This document shows, in pieces, positions 30,590 to 40,470 of a stretch of DNA of 64,000 bases (position 1 is its first letter; each line of letters starts with the position of its first letter). The DNA comes from a virus. Under the pieces are notes generated by a model. It was not told where the DNA came from. It was given only the letters and a program-made list of their open reading frames with translations, and searched no databases. The stretch spans positions 1 through 64,000 of the IMG/VR virus record IMGVR_UViG_3300035490_000050; one strand, written 5' to 3'. The position numbers were made by a program, and so were the translations under genes.

Positions 30590-31419
30590 GCGCACAGGAA
30601 AATAGAATAGAGGTATTGCAAACTGAACTTGCCGCTCTTAAGCAGCAGCGCAAGGAAAAGGCTATTGCCGCCAAGAGATCGAAAAAGTGGGTGAGCGTCA
30701 AAAAGAGAATGCCAGGGGATGATGATCCATGGGACTGGATTGACAGCATAAAGGCGGCTGTTCTCATCTGGAGGAATGGTCACGTAGAGCATGGATGTTA
30801 CGATAAAGAAAATAAAAGATGGTACGAGGATGATGGAACGTATTGTTATATTTGGGCAAAAGAGACAACTGAAGGAATCACACATTGGATGGATCAACAT
30901 TGGCGTACCGCAGATTGCTGGTATCCCCCATACGGACCAGGAATAGTCAACCGTATCGTATATATATGGAGAAGGTTTACCCAAGGAGTATCAGATACGG
31001 CGCACGACATGAGGCCGAAATCGTGGAGCATGGGAAAAGCTCAACTAGATAAAAAAGTGGTATTTTACAAGGACGCATCAGGAAAGATTATGAGCGGTAT
31101 GCCTGAGAATCTTCCTGCGCCGCGAGGATACGAAAAGATTATCTGCAATTCCGCACATGAAGCGGAGAGGTTGTCGGAACTTCAAAGGCGACAGGAAAGG
31201 GTTGAGCATCGACGCCAGCAGGAACAAAGAGGGGCGATTGAAGCCGAGTTCATCGGCCAGATCAGGAGCGACCGTAGGACTTTGATGGCAAATGCCAGAG
31301 ATAACAAAAACAGGGATTTCCTGCGCAGGGCTGAGGAAATGAGCGAGGGTAGGAAAAACCCAACAGCGTATGAGAGGGAAAGCTACCTCCACGCAGAAGC
31401 CTACGAAAAAGGGCACTAG
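30586..31419 (+). CDS. DUF551-like domain fusion protein
   Basis: WVSVKKRMP...ITHWM motif; C-terminal coiled coil. Confidence 0.6.
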   Translation: MSAQENRIEVLQTELAALKQQRKEKAIAAKRSKKWVSVKKRMPGDDDPWDWIDSIKAAVLIWRNGHVEHGCYDKENKRWYEDDGTYCYIWAKETTEGITHWMDQHWRTADCWYPPYGPGIVNRIVYIWRRFTQGVSDTAHDMRPKSWSMGKAQLDKKVVFYKDASGKIMSGMPENLPAPRGYEKIICNSAHEAERLSELQRRQERVEHRRQQEQRGAIEAEFIGQIRSDRRTLMANARDNKNRDFLRRAEEMSEGRKNPTAYERESYLHAEAYEKGH

Positions 31420-31445
31420 ACGGTTGACAAGATTTGGTTTACTAT
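31417..31445 (+). promoter_or_regulatory. Candidate promoter for the portal gene
   Basis: TAGACG-17 nt-TACTAT. Confidence 0.45.
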
Positions 31446-31498
31446 GCGTTTAGCCACGTCTGAGGATGCGGCATGTACCGGGAGGAAAGTGACCATGA

Positions 31499-33619
31499 GT
31501 GACGTACCTTAGACTAGAAACTCCGTCTCCTCAGCAGACAGAGACAATTCGTTGGCGTGTTCCTAATTGGGAAGCCTCTGACTCTGAGAAGATCGCTTGG
31601 GTTGATGAGCAGGTTTCCGAAAGCGAGGGTTGGCTTGAGGGTCAGCCGTCCTATAAAAATCTAAATCAGAATCTACGTGTCTTTGATGGGATTTTCAAAG
31701 ACAAAACTCGGTCAAGTCTCGTCACAAACGAATTACGATATTCCGTCAATAAATTTTGCACGACGATGGCGGAAGTTCGTGAAATCGCGGGATTTAGCTC
31801 CGATGTACCCAATTACAAAAAAATGGCTGAGATGCTCACTGGAGTATCGAAGGCTGTTTATTTAGAGTCTGACTTTCCCCTTCAAATTCTCAAGGCTCTG
31901 CAATACGCGACGGTCATGGGTGTCGGATACCTCTGGGCGAAGGTCCGTGGCTCTCAATATAATTTCGGTCCAAGAGAATTAGTATTTGACGCGCTAGGAC
32001 TATTGGACGTAATGCCTACGCAGGTGCCGTCAAAGACAAATGATGTTCAGGATGCCTATTCGGTAACGATTTACGACTATATGCCGATTGCGGAGGCGTG
32101 TGCAAGATTTCCTCTATTCGCAGGCAAATTTCAAACAGTCGGGCGCAATAACTACAAATCTCTGATTCAGGCGCAGCGGCAGGACTTTGCTGCAACGTGG
32201 CGTTACGGGCAAGTGGGGGAGACGCAGAGCAGGAGCTTCGGAAACCTCTACACAGAGATAAGATACACATTTGTAAGGGACATACGAATCAACACATCTG
32301 GTTTAGAAATGAAGATGGGAGACGAGGGAACGTCCTGGTTTTATAAAGTACCGGCGCTAGGACAGGAAATCTTTGGAGGGATGAAGAATGGCCAACCTTA
32401 CTATCGCCCTGCAATGGTGGAGGACTGCCGCATCTACCCTAACCTTCGGCTCATCATTACGTCTTCAGGACTCGACCAAGTTATGTACGACGGTACTTCT
32501 TTCGACTGGGACCCGGAAATTCCAATAATCCAATACACAGTAGACGATGTAGCGTGGGAGCCTTCAGGAAGATCGTTAGTAGGGGATGTAGCGTCAATCC
32601 AGACAACGATTAGGAAGCATGAGCGCAAGGTCGATCAGACCATGACGGCCAAAAAGAATCCTCCAATGGGCTACGATCTGGATACCAATGGAGGAGCGAA
32701 GATTGAGCACTTCGATATATTTGAGGAAGATGTTCGTCTAGGACTAGCAGGCGGTCAGGAGCCAACAAAGGCATTTCAATCCCTGCTTCCTGATACGGTT
32801 ACAGTCGATAATATAGACTTCACTTGGCTGAAATACCTTTCTGAAAAACTCCTAGCGCAATTAGGATTGAACGATGTTGGCAACTTGGCCAATATGAAGT
32901 TGAATATCGCCAACGACACAGCAGATAAGGAAGTAGGGGCTATCGGTCCTATCGCCAGAGGGATTGCGATGAGGATTGAGAAGGCGAATAAGAAGTTGGG
33001 CGAGAGGATGAAGTACCTTATTCCTCAATGGTTTGACGCTGCTAGGCTTATTGAGTATGTTGGACCTGACGGAATTGCAAAGGAGATGTTCGACCTCAAT
33101 CCTGATGACATGGTTCCAAGCCATTTGCCTGATGAATTCATAAACGGAAATATGTACCCCACCACGCCGTCGATGTACGACAGACTGACGAGGGCAAAGT
33201 ATTTCGTTCGGAAACTAAGGTTGATTTCCGTGCCGAGTACACTGTTGAAGATCACACAAATCCAGGAGCAAATGAAGTGGCTTCAACTAAAGCGCCAGCC
33301 TGATTGCCCGGTAAGCTGGGAAACGACAATGGAGAAGTTGGACATTGCCAACCCAAAAGACGAGATGAAGAAATACTTCAAGGAGCAACAGGAACTCACC
33401 AAAGCCAAACTGATTGGTATGGCAATGGCGCAGGAGGAAATGAAGAAGCTCGGTATCCAACCGCCAGAGGAAGGTGGAGGTAAGGGCGGCGGTGGAGGCA
33501 AGGGTGGAGGCGGAGGATTACACGCAGGTGGACGGCCCCCTTCGGGAAGCAAGCCGCCTCGCATATCGCAAAAAGGTGCGGCAGGTGGAACGCCCAGAAC
33601 CGTGGTGAAGGAATCCTGA
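31499..33619 (+). CDS. Portal protein
   Basis: 706 aa between TerL and scaffold/capsid; podovirus-type portal features (GRSLVGDV..IQ..I, NPP); Gly/Lys-rich tail. Confidence 0.8.
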   Translation: MTYLRLETPSPQQTETIRWRVPNWEASDSEKIAWVDEQVSESEGWLEGQPSYKNLNQNLRVFDGIFKDKTRSSLVTNELRYSVNKFCTTMAEVREIAGFSSDVPNYKKMAEMLTGVSKAVYLESDFPLQILKALQYATVMGVGYLWAKVRGSQYNFGPRELVFDALGLLDVMPTQVPSKTNDVQDAYSVTIYDYMPIAEACARFPLFAGKFQTVGRNNYKSLIQAQRQDFAATWRYGQVGETQSRSFGNLYTEIRYTFVRDIRINTSGLEMKMGDEGTSWFYKVPALGQEIFGGMKNGQPYYRPAMVEDCRIYPNLRLIITSSGLDQVMYDGTSFDWDPEIPIIQYTVDDVAWEPSGRSLVGDVASIQTTIRKHERKVDQTMTAKKNPPMGYDLDTNGGAKIEHFDIFEEDVRLGLAGGQEPTKAFQSLLPDTVTVDNIDFTWLKYLSEKLLAQLGLNDVGNLANMKLNIANDTADKEVGAIGPIARGIAMRIEKANKKLGERMKYLIPQWFDAARLIEYVGPDGIAKEMFDLNPDDMVPSHLPDEFINGNMYPTTPSMYDRLTRAKYFVRKLRLISVPSTLLKITQIQEQMKWLQLKRQPDCPVSWETTMEKLDIANPKDEMKKYFKEQQELTKAKLIGMAMAQEEMKKLGIQPPEEGGGKGGGGGKGGGGGLHAGGRPPSGSKPPRISQKGAAGGTPRTVVKES

Positions 33620-33654
33620 TAACTGTAAGAAAACAAACAACATAAGGAGAAGGA

Positions 33655-33897
33655 ATGGCAATCAAGGTCAAGACACAGAAATCATATTACGTCACGGAAT
33701 TTAATCTGGAATTACCTGCTCACGCTGGTGAACTCGACGACACATTGAAGGCAATCCAAACCACAGGAAAAAGCGTCACTCTGTATAATGATGGGAGCGT
33801 GCTTGGAATTAACGTAGAGCAGAAAGAAAAGATTCCATCTGAGGTGATTGACCAGAAAATTCGTGATCTTTTAGGTTTGGATACAAAATTTCTGTAA
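33655..33897 (+). CDS. Hypothetical protein
   Basis: AGGAG RBS. Confidence 0.7.
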   Translation: MAIKVKTQKSYYVTEFNLELPAHAGELDDTLKAIQTTGKSVTLYNDGSVLGINVEQKEKIPSEVIDQKIRDLLGLDTKFL

Positions 33898-33904
33898 AAA
33901 GTGC

Positions 33905-34037
33905 TTGACAAACAGGTACGAATTGCTGTAGGTTTTTGAAAGAGATTCATCGAGATACATGCGCCCCTCGCGCAGAAGTTTAGAGGGAATACGCAATGGC
34001 TCATTAGGCGAAGTGGCCTGATGGGCCATTTCCTTTT
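33905..34037 (+). promoter_or_regulatory. Head-operon promoter with structured leader
   Basis: TTGACA-18 nt-TAGGTT; 15-bp hairpin AATGGCTCATTAGGC/GCCTGATGGGCCATT (33995-34030) followed by TCCTTTT. Confidence 0.55.
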
Positions 34038-34071
34038 GCAGTCAACCTCAAACAAAAAAGGAGTATTCCCA

Positions 34072-34176
34072 ATGGCAAAGCATCGTGTAGGCGGAAAAAA
34101 GGCGCACGTGAAGAAAGTCGGCAAGAAGCGCAGAGGCGGCAAGCGTCACAGCAAGAAGAGCGCAATCAAGGCGTAG
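34072..34176 (+). CDS. Protamine-like basic microprotein A (34 aa)
   Basis: AAGGAG RBS; MAKHRVGGKKAHVKKVGKKRRGGKRHSKKSAIKA; 15 K/R, no D/E. Confidence 0.75.
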   Translation: MAKHRVGGKKAHVKKVGKKRRGGKRHSKKSAIKA

Positions 34177-34208
34177 TTGGTAGCCACTAACCGTTAGACG
34201 GAGACGAA

Positions 34209-34514
34209 ATGGCTACACCAGCAATGCCACCAACGCCAGATCAAGGAGGATCGCCCCCTTCGGGAGCAGGTGGTCCTCCTTCTCCACCTCAAAGTGGACC
34301 ACAAGGAGGCGCACAGCCTCCATCGCAAGGTCCAGCCAATCAAATCCAACAATTGCTCGGCCAATGGTCGCAGGTAGCGCAGCAAATCGCATCTGCGTAC
34401 CCTCAGATTGCTTCACAGATGAACAAGGTCGTACAGGCGATAGGAGAGGCACAGACGGCAATGGTTACGCCTTCTCAGCCGACTCCAATTTCGCAGCAAC
34501 CTCAAGTAAGCTAA
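34209..34514 (+). CDS. Pro/Gln-rich small head-associated protein
   Basis: GGAG RBS; low-complexity N-terminus then amphipathic helices. Confidence 0.7.
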   Translation: MATPAMPPTPDQGGSPPSGAGGPPSPPQSGPQGGAQPPSQGPANQIQQLLGQWSQVAQQIASAYPQIASQMNKVVQAIGEAQTAMVTPSQPTPISQQPQVS

Positions 34515-34536
34515 CGAACACAAATCCGGGAGAATA

Positions 34537-35532
34537 GTGCAAATGACATTAGCCGAAGTTTTGAAGAATTCGGGCTGGAGCCAGGAGCAGATTGATGCTC
34601 TTGACGCGAAAGCCATGAGTGGGCTTACCAGCTACGTTTCCAATATCGAACAGACAGCGGCACAGAAAGAACAGGCGGCAAAAGATTTAGCAGCAAAGGC
34701 GGAAGCGGATCGTAAAGCACAGGAAGCAGCCGCCGAAGCTGCCAGAGTTGCACGGGAAGCAGCAGAAGCATCCGAAAGAGGATGGGCTGATTGGCGGGAT
34801 AATGTTTATAATCCTGGCATCGCCGCATGGGAAACCGAAAGACAAAAGTTGGCGAAGGCAGCATCAGATGCCGCAGCGGAAGCAGCGTTCTACAAGGCGC
34901 AGAGAGAAAGTTATTTGGGGACGCTCAACATCAACCCGGAAGACGCTCCGGTATTCACTCCTCCAGCCGCAGTTGTAGTTCCTCCCGCTCCAAAGACTCC
35001 CGGAACTCCCACATTTACGATTGATGAAGTTCGCAACGAACTAGGAAATTCTCTTGGAACGGTAGCCAATATCCAATGGGAGTACCAAACGCTTTACGGA
35101 AAGCCAATGCCGATCTCTCCTACCGAACTTCTACGGCAGGCTGAGGCGAACAAGTTCAAAGACCCTGCAACCTACGCCTCTCAGATTTTCAAGTTCTCGG
35201 AGAAGAAAGAAGAGATGCGTCTAGCAGCAGCGAAGGCCCATGACGATGCCGTAGCCGCCGCTGCTGTAGCTGAGAGGGAAGCAAAGTACAAGGAAGAGAC
35301 CGACAAGCTCAAGGCTGAATTTGCGGCTAAGGAACGTTTAAGAGCGGAGCAGGCCGGTAGCAATCCTGATACGAAGTTGCCTCCAGGATCATCGAAGTTC
35401 TCCGATTTACAGAGAGCAACGAAGGCGGGTGAGCGCAAAGACCCGACAAAGATGACTCAAGCCGAACGCAGACAGACTTCTCTCGACAATATTCACAAGG
35501 CTCTGGAAGAAAGACAAGCAGTTGTAGCGTAA
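34537..35532 (+). CDS. Capsid scaffolding protein
   Basis: Ala/Glu/Lys coiled-coil composition directly upstream of the capsid gene. Confidence 0.7.
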   Translation: MQMTLAEVLKNSGWSQEQIDALDAKAMSGLTSYVSNIEQTAAQKEQAAKDLAAKAEADRKAQEAAAEAARVAREAAEASERGWADWRDNVYNPGIAAWETERQKLAKAASDAAAEAAFYKAQRESYLGTLNINPEDAPVFTPPAAVVVPPAPKTPGTPTFTIDEVRNELGNSLGTVANIQWEYQTLYGKPMPISPTELLRQAEANKFKDPATYASQIFKFSEKKEEMRLAAAKAHDDAVAAAAVAEREAKYKEETDKLKAEFAAKERLRAEQAGSNPDTKLPPGSSKFSDLQRATKAGERKDPTKMTQAERRQTSLDNIHKALEERQAVVA

Positions 35533-35578
35533 GCGGAAGATTCAGAAAAACAGCGTAAATCGCTGAAAGGAAACGAAA

Positions 35579-36856
35579 ATGCCAATTACACCGACCGATC
35601 CAACCTTCGGCGAAATTGATTCCACAAACCTAGAGAGCGTCCGCAAAGAGGTGGTCTGGAATAACTTCTTCGTCGGGACTCCTTTCTTGGAAGAGTTACG
35701 CCGTGCCGGTGTAGCTGACCCGTATCTTGGCGGCGCAGGTATGACGGAAGTCTTCCTGTACGGTCGTCCGCAGGGCGCTGGCGTGAATCCAGGTCAGACG
35801 ATCACTGTGACCCGTCAGCAAATTACCGACAAGCTGAAGTTCTATGAGAAGGGCTACGCTTCATGGTTCCCGATGGACGATTGGCAGATGGATGACGGCT
35901 CTGGACAGGGTGGTGTGATTAACTCCGGTCCTGCGCGGATTTGCGACATCTACGCGATCTTTATGGAAGCGTTGGTGATGCAGATCAACACGATGCTGGA
36001 AATGGACTCGTTCCGTCACGGTCAGCAATCATCTTCAACCGTGCAGGACAACCGTTACAAAGTATCGAACGGCTTGGACGAAGCGTTGAATAACGGCATT
36101 GATCCTTCGCTCTATGGCAATATCTACAAGAGCTACGGACAGCAAGCCAGAAACGGCGCGGTAGGTGCTGCAATCAACGTGACACCGCTTTACCTTGGAC
36201 AACAGGTAACGACCGGAACCGTGGCCGCACCTGCAACGTCAGGACCGGGACAAATCAACTTTGGTTCTCTGATGCAACTCTGGTCGCAGTGCAAGGCGGT
36301 GGGTGGAAAACCGAAGCTGGGCATCACAAATGTGTTCGGATTCAAGGCAATTGCGATTGCTCTTGACGCTTATCGGCGTGACATCTCGAACACGAAGCAC
36401 GACATCATGTGGGATGCTCTGGACTTCAACGGTACGCAGATTTATTCCGATCCTCTGGCTCCTTCGGCAGTTGCGCAGTATTACATTCCGCTTGCAACAG
36501 GTGGAGCATCTGGAAACACGAGCTTGGTGGACGGCGTTGGATCGAACACGACAACCATTACCTATACGACTCCTCAGTTTGTCAACTCGTCAGGCGCATC
36601 GGTTACGACTTCGCCAACGAACTCCGGTTTGCCATCGAACGCGAACATTCAGCCTTCGGAAGCGATTTACTTCCTGACGCCTGAGACGTTCAAGTTGCGT
36701 ACAACGGACAAGCCTGGATGGAACTTCGGAGTGCGCAGGACGAGCCAATGGAACAACGTTAGCGTGGACACGATCTTCATGCGCTTGGCAACGAACCTGT
36801 ACTGTGTGCAGCCTCGTCAAAACGCATACGCTTTCGGCTTTACGTCAATCGGTTAA
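35579..36856 (+). CDS. Major capsid protein
   Basis: 425 aa after scaffold; NGLDEAL, LDFNGTQIYSDP, IYFL and C-terminal NLYCVQPRQ typical of HK97-fold podovirus capsids. Confidence 0.85.
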   Translation: MPITPTDPTFGEIDSTNLESVRKEVVWNNFFVGTPFLEELRRAGVADPYLGGAGMTEVFLYGRPQGAGVNPGQTITVTRQQITDKLKFYEKGYASWFPMDDWQMDDGSGQGGVINSGPARICDIYAIFMEALVMQINTMLEMDSFRHGQQSSSTVQDNRYKVSNGLDEALNNGIDPSLYGNIYKSYGQQARNGAVGAAINVTPLYLGQQVTTGTVAAPATSGPGQINFGSLMQLWSQCKAVGGKPKLGITNVFGFKAIAIALDAYRRDISNTKHDIMWDALDFNGTQIYSDPLAPSAVAQYYIPLATGGASGNTSLVDGVGSNTTTITYTTPQFVNSSGASVTTSPTNSGLPSNANIQPSEAIYFLTPETFKLRTTDKPGWNFGVRRTSQWNNVSVDTIFMRLATNLYCVQPRQNAYAFGFTSIG

Positions 36857-36912
36857 TCCGTACTAGGGTGACGGAACAGGAAAAAACGAAGTAGTTTTAA
36901 GGAGATTTAATC

Positions 36913-37776
36913 ATGCCACAGCAACAGGCACTTCCTACCTGGCTTTGCATCAACGACGTAAACTCCCCGTACCAGTCGGGGCAGGGGGATAGCAATACCG
37001 GCTTCCCGTACAACGCTGGCGGGTTGAATCAGGGCGACTACTTCGACTTGACGAATGACGAAGCTGCTGGTGCGTCCTATCCGACCAACGGCCTTCTGTA
37101 TAGCGGTCGTTACCGTTATGTGCAGGTTGATTCAGGCGCGACGGCGGCGAACGTGAAGACGGGAACCGTTGGCTTTATCCGCTCAGGATCATCGGTAAAG
37201 AGTGTGGTGGTTTTGACCCAGGGTAGCGGTCAGACTATCGGCACCTATACTGTTGCGGCAAATGTAGGCAGCGGCGGAGGATCGGGCGCAATCATTCAGG
37301 TTATCGTAACGGCTGCGAACGCGATAACAGCTACTGTGGTCAATGGTGGGCAGGGATACGTTTCGCCTCCAACATTCACATTAGCAACTGGCGGAACTCC
37401 AGGCACGGTTGTGGCGCAGTTGGGAATCAGCCAGAATATTTTCACCAGCGCAGACGTTGCCTTGAGCAGTTCTGCCACGGCAGCGGCAGTAGGACCAGTC
37501 CATCCGGTAGTGTTCTTGAATTCTATCACTCCTGGAAACTATGGCTTTGTTCAGGAATCTGGTGTGGCGACTGTGATAGTACAAAACACAAGCGCCACTC
37601 AAACGGCACAGCAGTTTGCTATCGTGCAGAGTTCATCGCCAAACGGAACGATGGCTCCATCGAGCGCAACTTATGGACCGTTCGCAATCGGCAACGTTCT
37701 CGATCCACTGCCAACTACGCCGCCTGCTGGAACTCCGTTTAAGATTCAAATGGACTCGCCAATCTACCAAGACTAA
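36913..37776 (+). CDS. Capsid decoration/cement-like protein with inserted beta module
   Basis: Follows the capsid gene; GRYRYVQ...GNYGFVQ..G pattern. Confidence 0.6.
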   Translation: MPQQQALPTWLCINDVNSPYQSGQGDSNTGFPYNAGGLNQGDYFDLTNDEAAGASYPTNGLLYSGRYRYVQVDSGATAANVKTGTVGFIRSGSSVKSVVVLTQGSGQTIGTYTVAANVGSGGGSGAIIQVIVTAANAITATVVNGGQGYVSPPTFTLATGGTPGTVVAQLGISQNIFTSADVALSSSATAAAVGPVHPVVFLNSITPGNYGFVQESGVATVIVQNTSATQTAQQFAIVQSSSPNGTMAPSSATYGPFAIGNVLDPLPTTPPAGTPFKIQMDSPIYQD

Positions 37777-37785
37777 TCGCGCATT

Positions 37786-37811
37786 CGGGGTGGGTAGGAA
37801 TATCCACCCCG
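37786..37811 (+). other. Stable intergenic hairpin with GGAA tetraloop
   Basis: CGGGGTGGGTA-GGAA-TATCCACCCCG; no U-tract. Confidence 0.6.
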
Positions 37812-37836
37812 CAGTTCTCGGAAATAAGGAGCGGAA

Positions 37837-38184
37837 ATGATTCTCAACACGCTAACCCCGGTGAAGTACCCGATCCATACTGGAAACCGTCAGGTTTTTG
37901 TGGGATACGGTAATCCTACTGCTTCTTATAACCAGACCACAGGCGATATTATTTCGGTAAGTTTTATTCCGTTTAATATTGATGCTGTGCTTGGACTTGC
38001 CGTGACGACAGACGGAACTTATATTGGCGTTCCTGTTCCGGTTGGTGGTGTTGCAACTGCGGCAACATGGGCGATTTTCTGGTACACGTTCTCTCTCACA
38101 AGCACTCCAGAATGGGTTCCATTAGGAAGCGGAGCCAGTATCGCAACGAAGTCGGTGCAGTTGACAGTGATTGGTGGGGCTTAA
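37837..38184 (+). CDS. Small virion structural protein
   Basis: AAGGAG RBS; beta-rich. Confidence 0.65.
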   Translation: MILNTLTPVKYPIHTGNRQVFVGYGNPTASYNQTTGDIISVSFIPFNIDAVLGLAVTTDGTYIGVPVPVGGVATAATWAIFWYTFSLTSTPEWVPLGSGASIATKSVQLTVIGGA

Positions 38185-38236
38185 CGAGTTTCAACACAAG
38201 GTCTGTCTTTCCCTCTCCCGGTGATTGCAGACAATT

Positions 38237-38281
38237 GACGCCCTCTGTAGCCCCGGAAGGGTAAACTATGGAGGGCGTTTT
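38237..38281 (+). terminator. Candidate intrinsic terminator
   Basis: GACGCCCTCTGTAG...CTATGGAGGGCGTT followed by TT. Confidence 0.5.
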
Positions 38282-38324
38282 AAGTCAGGGGCGGTAGAAA
38301 AATCAGAAACAAAGGAGAACTGAA

Positions 38325-38498
38325 ATGCACAGAGGTTTAGGAAAAGCAAAAATTCACAAGGCTTCCGCACCAAGGAACGCTAAGCACACGGTAGCAGCAA
38401 ACCATCATGTCAAGGGTCACAGCACGATTCATGTTCACAAAGGTGGCAAGGGCAAGGGACGCGGGAAGAAAGCATCGCACAAGACGATCCTCAAGTAA
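38325..38498 (+). CDS. His/Lys-rich basic microprotein B (57 aa)
   Basis: AAGGAG RBS; MHRGLGKAKIHK...HVHKGGKGKGRGKKASHKTILK; 9 His, no D/E. Confidence 0.75.
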   Translation: MHRGLGKAKIHKASAPRNAKHTVAANHHVKGHSTIHVHKGGKGKGRGKKASHKTILK

Positions 38499-38543
38499 TG
38501 AGGTATGTCGAATCGAAAGTTCAACAGACGGAAGGGAACAGTC

Positions 38544-38645
38544 ATGGCTAAAAAGAAGGTAGCATCGAAAACAAATCCGTTGTTATCGGAAAAGATACCG
38601 TCCAACAAGAAGAAGGGCGGCAGGAAGCGCGTAGCTGGAAAGTAG
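38544..38645 (+). CDS. Basic microprotein C (33 aa; alternative start 38505)
   Basis: MAKKKVASKTNPLLSEKIPSNKKKGGRKRVAGK. Confidence 0.7.
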   Translation: MAKKKVASKTNPLLSEKIPSNKKKGGRKRVAGK

Positions 38646-38652
38646 GTAGCTG

Positions 38653-38814
38653 ATGGCAAAGCCAAAGGCAGGCTCTAGGAAACACCTAGTCGGAGCGGGA
38701 AGCAAAAGCAACGGCAGACCGGATGTTGTGTACCCTATGGGCCACATGACGAAGGTCAGCGGGAGCGGACGGACTGGCGGCAAGCGAGTGGCGCGGAAAC
38801 GGGCGGGGAAGTGA
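38653..38814 (+). CDS. Basic microprotein D (53 aa)
   Basis: MAKPKAGSRKHLVG...GRTGGKRVARKRAGK. Confidence 0.7.
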   Translation: MAKPKAGSRKHLVGAGSKSNGRPDVVYPMGHMTKVSGSGRTGGKRVARKRAGK

Positions 38815-38824
38815 GTGTTCATAC

Positions 38825-40060
38825 GTGGCACTGCAAAACATGATTCAGGATGTGCTCGGCATTCCTGGCATGAACCGGGGACTTGCGGTATCGCGCATAA
38901 ACGAGGCATTCCAAAAGATTCAGAATGAGAATGTATTTAGTTTTCAGTGCGTGACTGGAGGGTGGTTAACACCCTCTCTGCTTGGTGGTCCTAATACTTC
39001 ATTCCTTAGCCCCGGAACGATCACTGTAGTACCCTACACAAACACGATCACAGGTGATGCTATAGCGACGGCTGCATGGACGGCTGCCGTTCCTTATCCC
39101 CCTCTGTTGACCCAGCAGCAGATTCGTGTACCCTCATACGGTCTATATTCTATTATCGCGTTAGGAAATAACGGAACAGTTGCTTATGCTACCTTGTTGA
39201 CTTCTGGTTCTGGTCAGACCCCAGGACAATATACGGTTCCAGTTCTTGATCCGGCGACAGGCGCAGGTGGAACCGTGTCCATCACGGTAAATGCAAATGG
39301 CACCGTAACTCTTCCACCTGTGCTAGTGACGGCAGGAAATAATTATACCGCTCCATACATCGCTTTTGCAGAGGGTGGCACTCCAGCGACATTTTCGGTG
39401 ACACTAATTGCTACAATCACCATAGATAGACTTTGGACGGAGCCGCCGCAGGTTGCGTCTAGCTACATGATTTATCAGGCTTACTACCCTGCACCTGCTA
39501 ACTTCAAGAGGTGGTACAACGTCCGCGACACACAAAACAATCAAGCAATGAAGTTCTCGGATATGACACAGATCGACTTAGCCGAAGAAGACCCGCAGCG
39601 CGAGATATTCGACCAACCTGAGTATGTGGTTCCTTTCGGACCAGATACAAGACAAGGAAGCGCGACCTATGGGCAATGGCTAGTAGAATTATGGCCACAT
39701 CCAATTAGCCAACTAAGCTATACATTCATGTGCCAGTGTAACTGGCCAGCACTTATGAACCCTACCGACACGCTTCCTTTCCCTCTGACAGATGAGATTG
39801 TTAGAGAGAGAACTTATGAGGTAATAAGTTTATGGAAAGAGGGACAGAAGGGCAATGATATGGAACGAGGATCGGGCGCAAATTGGCAGTTTCTCGCAAA
39901 AGCTCATCACGAAGAGTACAAAGACTTGCTCCGTCAAGCAAGGATTATGGACCGTCATCTTGTTGACCTATACTTCACAAAGGCGAAGATGAACGCACCA
40001 TTTAACGGAGGCGAACCATTTACAAACACTAACGGAACTGCCAACGTAGGCAGTTGGTAA
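38825..40060 (+). CDS. Head-tail adaptor-like virion protein with inserted beta module
   Basis: N-terminal INEAFQKI helix, ELWPHP, C-terminal helices. Confidence 0.6.
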   Translation: MALQNMIQDVLGIPGMNRGLAVSRINEAFQKIQNENVFSFQCVTGGWLTPSLLGGPNTSFLSPGTITVVPYTNTITGDAIATAAWTAAVPYPPLLTQQQIRVPSYGLYSIIALGNNGTVAYATLLTSGSGQTPGQYTVPVLDPATGAGGTVSITVNANGTVTLPPVLVTAGNNYTAPYIAFAEGGTPATFSVTLIATITIDRLWTEPPQVASSYMIYQAYYPAPANFKRWYNVRDTQNNQAMKFSDMTQIDLAEEDPQREIFDQPEYVVPFGPDTRQGSATYGQWLVELWPHPISQLSYTFMCQCNWPALMNPTDTLPFPLTDEIVRERTYEVISLWKEGQKGNDMERGSGANWQFLAKAHHEEYKDLLRQARIMDRHLVDLYFTKAKMNAPFNGGEPFTNTNGTANVGSW

Positions 40061-40070
40061 GGAGAATAAC

Positions 40071-40466
40071 ATGCCGAGCTATCCGGGACCGGGACTAGCA
40101 GCACCTTTGGCTTACACGAAGCAAGGAATCTTTTGGGCAGGGGAGACAGTAGGAACGACCTTCCCACAATCGTTAAGCACCGCGTTTCAGTTGCAGCGGG
40201 TGGATGGCAATTATTATCCGTGGGGATTTGCTGTGGAGGTACAGTTTACAGGGAATCCTGGCACGACTAAGGTTGACATTATGGGAGCGGAGACGGACAA
40301 CCCTGCCAATTACATCAGTATCGGGTCAATCCAAACATTTACCGCCCCAGTTGCGGGACAGTATGTAGGGCGTTTTGAATCGTTAGCATTATATCCGAGA
40401 TACGTTGCTTTGAACATGACCACGCTAGGAAACTCAGTTCCAGTGACGGCGAAGATTTCGAGGTAA
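40071..40466 (+). CDS. Small virion structural protein
   Basis: AGGAG RBS; beta-sandwich pattern. Confidence 0.65.
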   Translation: MPSYPGPGLAAPLAYTKQGIFWAGETVGTTFPQSLSTAFQLQRVDGNYYPWGFAVEVQFTGNPGTTKVDIMGAETDNPANYISIGSIQTFTAPVAGQYVGRFESLALYPRYVALNMTTLGNSVPVTAKISR

Positions 40467-40470
40467 AAGG

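Noticed and set aside
33470-33619. Portal Gly/Lys-rich tail (ends PRTVVKES) as a member of the basic-tail family
   Set aside because: Only weak resemblance; low-complexity portal tails are common
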